64,000 nucleotides of DNA from Selaginella moellendorffii (taxonomy: Eukaryota; Plantae; Lycopodiophyta). The stretch lies in the NCBI RefSeq assembly GCF_000143415.4, contig NW_003314334.1, positions 62,001 to 126,000 on the forward strand. The letters run 5' to 3'. Each line of letters opens with the position of its first letter. The first letter of the stretch is position 1. The notes under the pieces were generated by a model, which was given only the letters and a program-made list of their open reading frames with translations, made no database searches and was not told the origin of the DNA. This document shows, in pieces, positions 54,232-64,000 of the stretch. Both the position numbers and the translations under genes were made by a program.

Positions 54232-55094
54232 TCAGACTATTATTTTTTGCCTCCAACGCCTATACAATAATCTTGGAATTTCATCACTCTCCACACTATC
54301 AGGATTTAAACCCAATAGTAATGCCATCTCTTCTCTAATACGTCCACGCTCATGTTCAGTGGTCGAAGAACCCATCCGGTTGAGCAGATTATGGAGATGC
54401 GGATAGTGCTTGGCTAGACAATATACATGCCATAAATGATGACTGGTGTCTGTCCGATCAAATGGCTTCTGATATACCGTTCTATTTGCCATTTGGTTGA
54501 TTTCTGCAGCCACCTCCTGGACTGGCCGGTTCTCTATCACCATCGCTCCAAGCCATTTTGCAAGGTCCCCCAGAACATACGGTTTCTTCTCCCTAGTTTC
54601 CATACTGCAAGAGATGGGGTGCACTGCATATGTGTGCGTGTTCGCTGCAGTTTTAATCAGCGAGTCATCGATGATGAGGATTTCACTTGAGCTAGCAGTC
54701 CGGTTCATCACTACAGCCTCTGGCTTGACGAAGATGGGCTTGCTACCCCTCACATGGACCATAGTCAAGCAATCCTCCTGCGTTAGGAGAAAGTCAAATG
54801 GTAATATTACTCGCGTCTGATCGTGCATCATCTGTAGCAACGTTAATGCATTGTGGCGCATCATGGATGTCCAAACTCCCAATTGCAAATTGAACCCGGC
54901 CCTCTGTTTTAAGTGTCGCATGGTCATTATTAGATCCCGCAGTTTCTCCCGTGTGATTAATGTGAATCTGTCTCTTTTGACCAACTTGCGACCGCAGGCT
55001 TTGGAGGGTGCAATGACATTCGAGGACGAGCCACGCTCATGGGAGAAAAGGACACCGTTCAGATCAAAAACGATACAATACCTTCGCCGTGACT
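54232..55094 (-). CDS. terminal exon, FCP1/NIF-type HAD phosphatase-like domain (copy 2)
   Basis: Same HAD motifs as 1562-2424. Confidence 0.75.
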
Positions 55095-58000
55095 CTGAAA
55101 TGAAATGCGTCAGCATAAAAAATGGTACAAGTCAATTTTACCATCTACAATATTAGCGAATGTTGCTCCCGATGGTCGTTGAGAGGGTTTTGGTCGAGGA
55201 AACGTGAAGGGCAGAAATACTCTCCTCTGCAATGTGGGGTCAATCACATCCGATGGCGTGTGGGCACATGCCATTTCAGCTGTAGACTCTGGTACAACTG
55301 GCTCAACAGTGGCATGGGGTGGTTCCGATGGCATGTGATCACACGCCATTTCAGCTGGTGCCTCCGTTGGCAAAGTGGACATGACCGAACAGGCAGCAGG
55401 GGCGGTGTAGGGAGGTTCCAACGGCGCGTAGTCAGACGATTGGGCACACGTTGAGTCCATTGGAAATGAGGATACGACCGGCTCGGCGGCTGGGGGGCCT
55501 CATGTGGGTCCAATGGCGCCTGGTCACCATCAGTTGGATACGTGGACAAGATTGACTCAGTGGTATGGGCAGCATCAAGTGGAGCGTGGTCAGCTTGCTT
55601 GGCGTTGATATGGATAGTAGCCTCCACCAGCTCTGATGACTCTTGCAGCCAAGTAAAGTCCACTGGCGGATCCATATGCATGTCCAAATATCTCCCTTCG
55701 ATTGAGATGGTATCCTCCCGTGCTACTAAAAACAAACTCATTAGCACATTGAATCGACTATACTGTATTTACCATCAACTGCTATTGAGGAACTAGGACC
55801 GATATCACTTGAGCGCACTGCTGATTCTGAAGGATTGGACATACGTTTCGACCCTTGCTTGGCACTATCCTTCCTCGACACTAAAGGCTAGAGTTTGTAA
55901 ATTCAACTGAATAATCTCTACTTACCATTTGCTCTGCGACCTACATGGACAATGTTAGAAATGGTAAAAGGTTAGGAATGGATGTATTATTATTTACCTG
56001 ATGGTTTGTCTTGTATGACCTTCCTCCGCCGCTCTTTGGCCACCTCAGGCTGGCCATCGTCGTCATCATCGTCGTCATCGTTATTGTGATCGTCACCATT
56101 ATGAGGACCATCCAAGTCCTCTTCGTCCTCCTCTTCTTCGTCCTCCTCTTCTTTGTCCTCCTCTTCGTCCTTCTGCTCTTCCTGCTCATTATCTTTCTCT
56201 GGCTCCTCATCCCCCTCCTGCATTTCTTCCATAGGCTGCTCAGGCTGGATGGCTTGTTCTTCCAGGACCATCTTGGGAAAATCATCTGGCCGAGTCTCCA
56301 TCTCAAAATACAAGACATCCATAGCCTGTTTTAGTGCGTGACCTAGGACCGTATCCTCACCCGACTGTCTTAACATGGTTTCTGCACGTTCTTGCACCCT
56401 TCGAAGACGACGAGATGAGAAAAACGTGGCCCTGCCTTGAAAAGCTTCCCTCATCCATTGTACCTCTCCATTGAGATTGGGGAAGGGGAGTCCGCCATAG
56501 GAATCTGAGTCATGAGGTGGTGACTGCCTGCTTTCACTCAGCCCTTGATCTGCAATGAATGGCATGAGCACACACGCCATAACCGCGAGGCATTACCTAT
56601 CATCTTTTCGTTGCCCTTCTTCCTTTTCGAATCAAACGCCTCTGATCTCGACGACTGTCCAACGTGCTTTCGCTTTTTATGACCACTGTCAGTTTGAGCT
56701 TGGCTGGTGCTTGCCTGTTTTGCCTTTGAAGAAGTTTCTCCTGCAAGGAATGGCATGAGACCACATGCCATTGCAAATATAATTTGTACCTCCTTTTTTC
56801 CTATTGCTTTTCTGTTTGTCCTTCTTCGATGCGCCACCAGTGCGCTTTTCAGTCCTCGTGTCTGAATATTCACAACGATCTATAATCAAAATGGCGTGAG
56901 GCCTCACGTGACCTTACCTTGTGCAGGTTGTGAGCTCGGCCCAACATGGGTATCTTCAACAGTAGCTGTTAACGCCGTTTCAGCATCTGGGGATGGCCAC
57001 GCTCCTGCATACAGAGCTTGTGAGATAACATTTAAACTTAAAGTGCGTACTCACCAGGTTCGCAGAGAAGATACTATTTTTCTTTGGCAACTGTAATTAT
57101 ATGCTCCATTGAAGTCACCTCTTCAATGGAGTTTGTCACCGCAACACACGGGACACCCTTGAGTAGTGCGGCTCGAAAGAATAGTCCGCCGCAGTTGTAC
57201 TCGACAACGCATTTGCCCTTGGAGTCGGAAGCAGGTGACCCACCCGCTATTGCGTTGAAGACCCAGCTGAGCATTTCCCATGCTGCACCTGGAGCTTTCT
57301 TTGGATTCGAAAGCTCCATAGCCGTCTTCAGTTCCTCAGGCACGGGTAAATTGACCTCCCTCAGATCAATTCGATTGGCCTTGTCGAACGAAGCTGGGAA
57401 GTCACTCCAGTCCCACTCTGCTGCAGGACCAATAACAAGGGCGAGTGTGAAGATGCGGACATTCGTCGGTATCTTTTTCTTAGCCATTATCCCATGGATC
57501 TCCCGCATCTCCTTGCCTTTCAACTGAGCCTTCACCTCGTTCAAGGCCTTCCAGAACTTGTGATAGGATTCGGAGTCGTAGATCATATAGTGGACTGAAG
57601 ATTCCACCTCCGCAAGTCCCACCATTAAGTCAATGATGGAGCTGACTTCGTCTGCATGAGTGATCTCCTCGTTTGTGAAGTCCATCACACAAAAGATGTT
57701 CTTGACCTGCTCATCTCTGCGGGAAACGATGCTCCTCCACCTTTGATCCTCATCCGAATTCAAGTATACCCGGTAAGGTTCTCGATAGGCCTCTGCTGCG
57801 GGGTCGAGCTGTTTCTGAAGCCGGCGGTCGACATCAATCTTAATGAAATTTGGATACTGATCCAACTTCTCAGCTTTACTTTTCGTGGCATCCCGCAGTA
57901 GATCGATGAACTTGGGGGCCCCCTTCACGTACTCGTCGATGTCTTCATTTGACAACTCCAGCGCTTCCATCATCTCTTGCGTGGTGTCGATGCTCACCCT

Positions 58001-59666
58001 CTCCACGGCCACTTGCTCGAAGATCCAATCCTTCAATAGCGCACGAGCTCTCAGAGTCGTGCACAAGTCCTCGTATGTAACAATATGGCCGGGAGTCATT
58101 TTGGTCTTGTTGAAGACAACCTCACCACGTAGAAGAGCATTAGCCACTGTCAGAAGGTCGTCGTCGTCTAGAGACCGCGAGAAACGCAAGGCGTTGAGCT
58201 TCAAATCATTGGGCTTCCGGCCGTCCTCCACACCCATTGAGTTTGGCAACTCCCCGTCATGGTACCTCCTCAGCACATCTACCCATTTGTCAAAAACAAC
58301 TTTTGTCGCGAGTAGAATGTTATGGATGCTGAGTGTGTCATTGACCCCCAGTGTTTTCGAGAGAAGACTCGAGAATTCCTGCAATGGAAATGGCGTGAGG
58401 CCACATGCTATGCCACATACAACGAGGCTTACCTGCTAGGCGCTAGTTGCTAGTGCACGTCCTTGTCCTGGTTTTTGTGGCTTCTTCAGTTGAACCCAGA
58501 GCTTCCATGTTCGTGCCAATGTCTCGTGCAGACCCGATTTGTAGCACGTTTCTTGCTTGACATTCTGCGCGTGGGAGATGTATATGATAGATCGGAGGGG
58601 CGAGTTGCCTTTTATCAGGCGGACAACTCTTGTCTTGAAGACTTTCTTCACCTCCTCGCCCACCATAATATCCACAACTATCTCTTGCATCGCCAAGCTA
58701 GAATGCTGCCCGGAGACGGCATAGAACCGGATGTTCTGATCGTCCAACACCTTCCTATTGATCAAGTCTGGAAACCTCATCTCGCCCTTCATTTTTTGGT
58801 AGTAGAGGATCACGTCTGCGATGTCGGGTGTTACTGGACTTGCCAGCATCTTCTGCTTCAATTTCTCCACCCACTCATCAGATACTAGCCTGTGGTTGTA
58901 TTTGCTTTGGATGTCGATACAGCTCACGTCGATTATATATACTTTGTTGGAATAGTAACAAGTACTATTATCTGCGACGATTTTTGCTGCCTCTTCTTGC
59001 TCTTTCTGCTCTTTGCGGCTCTTCTTTTTGGTGGGTGTAGTGTTCGAACCCGAGGCAATGGCATCACTGAGTAGCTTCTTTTTTGGAGCAGGAGAGTCGG
59101 ACGTCGGCTTGAGCTTGACCACCCTTTTCTGCTTCGAGGTAGTTTCCAGATCGACCCCCTTCCCCTTTGCTTCGCGAACTGGAGTCACTCTCAACGGCTC
59201 AATGTTGGAATATAGTTTTTGAACATCGCCGTAGGTGAGGTCCGTGGATTCCATGTGATCTTCATAGACCCGCAGCGTCTTTGAAATTGTGGGCCTCCTG
59301 GACAACCTCTCCCTAGCTCCCTCTAGGAATTCCTCATAGCCGCTGCCCCCCTCCGGGAAGCCGCTAGGATGTGCAAGGTGGATCTTGAAGGCAGACGCTG
59401 TCTCTACCACAAGTGCCAGTCCATATTCTTGCATGGAACTGCATGGAGTGTCTGTCACTTGGATGAGGATCCCCATGCATTCTTTTCTCCCACCATCTGT
59501 GTTGTACAGCCTCAAATCCTCGCCTTCCATCCCGAAAGTCCAACTGGTGAGCTCCTCCCCCTTCTCTGCATCCACATTGACAGTGGCTGGAAGAAGAACG
59601 CAATTCCTCGCCTGTTCAGAAATGCACAACAATTAGAGCTGGCAGATGAAAAGCTAGTAGCTGGAA

Positions 59667-59825
59667 ATAACGTGAGGCCACACGCTATTCACCACTGCAT
59701 CAGATGTCTTGAGGCTGCATCCTAAGATGGCGTGAGGCTACACGCCATCTGTAACCGGACTGCACTCGAGAGCCCAATCGGTGCATGCCAATGTTGCTAC
59801 TAAATGGCATGTGGCCTCATGCCAT
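59667..59825. promoter_or_regulatory. triplet of 22-bp palindromes in intron 1 of the ParB-like gene
   Basis: Copies at 59667-59688, 59727-59748 and 59804-59825. Confidence 0.7.
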
Positions 59826-61083
59826 TTTCTACTTGGCCTAAAAGACTTACCATTTGAAGCCGAATGGAGGCGTGACAACCGGACTCGCTGGCGAATGTGC
59901 ACTGTGTGTGCAGCGGATCGTAGCAGCAAGGCTACTCTGCCACTTACAGTTGGAGAGTGGCGCTGAAATCTCCCGGGACGCCAAGTGGGCTGCGTGTGAG
60001 TGGCGGAGTGGGCGGCGGAGTTGGTGGCGAAGTTACAAACTGGGTGTGTCTTGAAGTGGACGCTGATGCACACGAGCGCGATGCGAGCGCGAGTGTGATG
60101 CAAGCGCGAGTGGACGCCGATGCACACGAGAAACCTATAGAGAAGTGGGAGCGCGAGTGGGAGCGCAATGCGAGCGCGAGTGTGCGAGCGCGAGTACGAA
60201 GCAAAATGCAAAACCTAACCTCACACGCGCGAAATGTCACGACGGTTGGTAATCCCGCCACGTCATCATTTCTCGGACTTGGGCGCCACCATTAATTTCT
60301 GGATCGGCGCGCGCATGCGTGAAATCCAAAAGAAATCCGCAACGTCATCATTCCTCGGACTGCATGCACGCGAAATCCAAAAGAAAGATCATGATTAGGA
60401 TATCATTTAATACCCTCGCTATATTTATGCATGATTGGATATTCCAAAGCATCTTGTATTTCCAAAAATGCCAGATGTTCAGCTAAATAAATTGTCAGAG
60501 GATGACGTTCAAGCATGTGGGCTCATGCAATTTTGATCCCAAAAAATGCACCAAAAAATGCTCGGCGTCATCTGGCGTTATCTCTTGAATGGCGTGGGGC
60601 CGCATGCCATTTTCAGGAGCACATAGGAGTATATTCCTAGAATATTCTAACACGCGCGAGATTGTTTTGAGTTTCCTGGAGATCCAACCGTTAGATCGCA
60701 ACTAGATTTTACAGAATGGTATACAATGTCCTTCTTGATGACCCTGCAAAGAAGCATCTCGATCGGACACCACATGAGACCACACGAGCCTTACAATGTT
60801 TCAGGGGCATTTGCCATAGATCCGACCGTTATTTTGCTCCAAGATTCTACAGTTTGGTGTGCATTGACCTTTCCATCGACACTGCAAAGGGACATCACAA
60901 TCAGATGCGGGATCACAAGAAACCAACTTCACTAACTCTGGTTTCACCAAGATCTACGTAAGGAGTTATGAAATGAAAGGACCCTCTCTATTGAAATGTG
61001 TTTATGGTCCTAGGGGCATTGTGACATATCAAAGGATTTTGCATTAAGTTCTGTATTTGCATGTTTATCAAGCTACTGAATTG

Positions 61084-61116
61084 CTAAACCCTAAACCCTA
61101 AACCCTAACCCTAAAC
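61084..61116. repeat. short plant telomere-type repeat (CCCTAAA)n / telo-box cluster
   Basis: CTAAACCCTAAACCCTAAACCCTAACCCTAAAC. Confidence 0.9.
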
Positions 61117-62126
61117 ATGTGGCAAATGCTGCGTGAAGAAAGATGCCCTTTCTGGGCAAATGCTGTAAGAGGCAGATTCCGAGCAGATGTATCTCAGGCC
61201 AGCGAAGGGGACAAATGAAACCTAGCTATAAACATGATGGGATGCAAATAGATTACTAGGCTGGTCCTGCAAAAATCAAAAACCATAATTGAAAACATTG
61301 AAAATGCAAAAAGAAAGGTTTATAATATTTTTGAATTTTAAGCAACCAAATGAATGTAAGTAGGGCATGTGTTTGTAAGTTTAAAAATGCCTCAACCACT
61401 TAAATTCCCAAGTAAATAAAGCTGTTTCTATTTTTGGTACAGGTAAACTTTATAGCGTGTGGGCTCATGCAATTTTGAACCCAAAAATGCACCAAAAAAT
61501 GCTCGACTAGCATTATTCTTTGAATGGCGTGTGGCCTTATATTGCCATAAATGGACGTACACACACAACATAATTATTCCTTTACATGGCGAATAATCTT
61601 GGCACGGATCGCTGACATGGCATGGCAAAGTTCGAATCACTGACATGGCACAGCTGGATCGAGGCAAGGACATGATGTGACAAAGTTCAACCTCCGACAG
61701 CAAAGTCTAGAAGCTACTCAGTTTGAAATTTGTCAGAGGAATCATAAGATCTGGTTTGTCAGAGGATTTGATGTGACGTTCAAGCGTGTGTTATTTTTGA
61801 ATTCTCGAACTCATTCCTAGGTCTATCATTTTTGTGCGCCGTGTTCTTGGTTCCGCTGAGCGCAGTGAGCGCTGCTTGTGTAAGCGGCGTTGTGAGCTGT
61901 GGTTTATGCGTCTACAAGCGGTTGCGGCATTGCGAGCGGCAGTTTATGCGAGTGGCAGTTTGTGCGAGCGGCGCTATGAGCAGTTGCGGTGTTGCGAGCG
62001 GTGCTACGAGTAGTTGCGGTGTTGCGAGCGGCACTGTCTTTGGTGTGGCTACCGCTTCCTCTTGATATTCGGCACTTGTGCTTCCTGGTATGTTCACCAT
62101 GGAATGGTTTAGGACCACATTTAGAA

Positions 62127-62316
62127 ATGGCATGAGGCCACATGCCATCTTGGGCCCTTGCAATTTCATGGCTAGCGTATTGTTATGTATGTTTTTACTT
62201 GCCTGCAGCTGTGTGTATATCAAGATGGCATGAGGCCTCATGCCAATTTTGTGAATGCGAAATTTCACGTGGGTGTCAATAGCATGTTTGAATAATGGCA
62301 TGTGGCCTCATGCTAT
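62127..62316. promoter_or_regulatory. triplet of 22-bp palindromes in the putative 5'UTR intron (62088-62397) of the transposase gene
   Basis: Copies at 62127-62148, 62225-62246 and 62295-62316; donor G|GTATGT and acceptor TTTCAG|AATG. Confidence 0.7.
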
Positions 62317-62398
62317 TGAGGTTGTTTGGTATGTTATGATTTAGGCCATTCTCCAATCATTTTTTGTATGGTCTTAACTTCTTTTCTGCACTTTCAGA

Positions 62399-64000
62399 AT
62401 GGCCTTCAAGGTTGGGGAAAAGGTTTACATTTTGAATGGTGGGAAGAGAGTTGCAAAAGGGACCCTTGTGTCTATGGATCGGAACTTTGTTATACACTGT
62501 CAAAGGCTTGGGGAAGGCAATGCTGCTGTATCAGTAGAGACTATCTTCGATGGGAATGTGGTCGCTATTGAACGAGGAGAGATGGTCGTCGGGGTAAATG
62601 TTGTTGTTGCCTTGAAAAATCTACAGAAGAAAGCAGATGTTGGGGACAGCGCAAGTGCGACGCATGTTCCCTCCGTGGATCTTAAGAACCGTGCTACATG
62701 GATTCAGGCAAAGGTGTTTCTAAACAACCCCGAGGGGGAGGTGGTAGCTGAGGGCTTAGCCACAGTTGTCGATCCAAGAGATGCGGTTGCTAATCAAGAA
62801 TTGGGCTGGGATGATATTGGAGTTGCGATTTTAGAGGTTGTTGACACAGAAGAAAACAGTCTGACTATTGGAAGCATTGTGCGGTGGAAATTGAGGCATT
62901 TAGTGTTTGAGAATGTGAAGGATTCACAATCAAACACCACTACAACTGATGACAGAACATCTCTTCATGGGAAAAGAAAGTACACCTTCCTACAGCGCAG
63001 CCAAAGGGATCTGAGCAACGAACCGAAAAGGTAGAAAATGGCGATGGAGGTTCGAATGGTCTCGACAGTTGCTTGTTGCAAGAGGAGGTGCTGTCAACAT
63101 GCTGATTGGGATGCTATTGAAGAGGAGAGAGCAAGATACAAGACATTGTCCTGGAAGGTAGCTCGCAATTTTGTGTATGAGGCATTACGGTCATCTGTTG
63201 ATGCTTCAGAACATCAGATGGGGGGCATGGTCTTCCAGAGGGGTTTGGTCTGCATGAAGGCATGGAGAATCATTTATGGAGTCCCTCGAAGCACATTCTA
63301 CAGAATCAAAACTGAGTTCGAGGAACAAAGGGTTCAACAGGCAGTCCATGGGAACGACGGTACGCACAAAACCAGGGGTCATGTTGTATATGGAGAGGCA
63401 ATCTTCAAGAGGTTTGTCGAGACATGTAGCGAGCAGCAACCACATAAAACCCGCCTCTTGGAAGATGGAACACGAGACACCCAACGAGTTCTCCCTTCCA
63501 TGTATACCAAGGGGGCCATATTGGAAGATGTGAATCGGGAACTCCAGAGTAATGGCTACAGGAAGCTGAGCCAATCTAGATTTAGTAGATTGTGGAGCAA
63601 CAGGTTCAGGGATGTGAGTATAGGAAAGTACTCCAGCTTTTCAAAGTGTGACGAGTGCACTGCTATCAAAATGGCTTTGTCGAAGAATTCTTGCAGCGCT
63701 CAAGAGCGAGAGACGTTGGTTAGAAGGCGGCTCGACCACAACATCGAGCAGAGAAGCTGCAGGACTGCATATTATCATAACAGGATTCTCTCCATTTAGA
63801 GACCTGACTCTTACCTCTGCATCATCCACGACAAAATGGACCAGAAAAAGACGTGCTTACCTCGACTCAATCCTGCCCCCAAGGCAATCTCTTCATCCAT
63901 GCAGCTGCCTGTGTCTCTGTTTGGCATAATCGCTCATGGGCATGGTGCCCAGAACTATGGGAACTTCTTTGTACCTCTATGGGGTGGCGGGGGTGCAAAC
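62399..64000 (+). pseudogene. Sola/DUF7869-like DDE transposase with two N-terminal Tnp1(En/Spm)-like repeats; 3' truncated by the window edge
   Basis: ORFs 62399-63034, 63038-63799 and 63800-end are one frame split by two TAG codons. Motifs VAKGTL..LG and VAEG..LG..IVRW repeats, CCKRRCC, VCMKAWRIIYGV, FSKCDEC..H and LCIIHDKMDQKKTCLP..GIIAHGHG. Confidence 0.7.

Larger units (their letters stand above)
54232..59853 (-). pseudogene. 11-exon gene, ~1640 aa: ParB/Srx-like + degenerate amino-DNA-MTase-like + low-complexity linker + FCP1-type HAD phosphatase
   Basis: Exons 59853-59851, 59611-58433, 58378-57055, 57004-56918, 56861-56790, 56740-56597, 56549-55998, 55940-55926, 55880-55773, 55725-55142 and 55094-54232. 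All introns are GT-AG and frame-compatible. TAG stops at 58436 and 57074 and a 1-nt deletion near 55495. Motifs FYAVSGQHS, CVVEYNCGG..AALLKGVPCVAV and DLNGVL..IIDDS. Confidence 0.7.
53790..64000. mobile_element. large two-gene DNA transposon-like element (copy 2), extending beyond the window
   Basis: Shares its terminus with copy 1. Carries divergent transposase-like and ParB/MTase/HAD genes. One palindromic motif spans 53884-62316 and links both genes. Confidence 0.7.

Noticed and set aside
61084-61116. True chromosome end
   Set aside because: Only ~4 units, internal, with element sequence on both sides.
57074-63799. TAG-to-Gln recoding or programmed readthrough to explain the four in-frame TAG codons
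   Set aside because: Long Gln-rich ORFs in the window (e.g. 892 aa) contain no TAA or TAG, and the same gene also carries a frameshift, so mutational decay is simpler.

Overview
Repeat-rich nuclear DNA from a land plant. The 45-57 nt GT-AG introns and TTTAGGG-type repeats suggest a Selaginella-like lycophyte or another non-seed plant (inference). Positions ~2.9-53.8 kb are a nest of LTR retrotransposons: a young non-chromovirus Ty3/gypsy element (12451-21477), several generations of a non-autonomous family with ~1.75-kb LTRs (family A), two further LTR families (B, C), a gag-protease remnant, and a 5S-rRNA-carrying Cassandra-type solo LTR. Two inverted copies of a large, apparently mobile DNA element flank this nest (1-2866 and 53790->64000) and are the most interesting part of the window. 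The element carries two divergent genes. One is a Sola/DUF7869-like DDE transposase with two Tnp1-like N-terminal repeats. The other is an 11-exon, ~1640-codon gene, reconstructed by hand, that joins a ParB/Srx-like domain, a degenerate amino-DNA-methyltransferase-like domain and an FCP1/NIF-type HAD phosphatase. About 15 copies of a 22-bp palindrome (ATGGCRTGWGGCCWCAYGCCAT) are spread along the longer copy: inside tiny introns, as triplets in the first intron of both genes, in coding sequence and near the terminus. This resembles a parS-like site array paired with a ParB-like protein. All domain calls come from motif recognition by eye and need HMM or structure confirmation.
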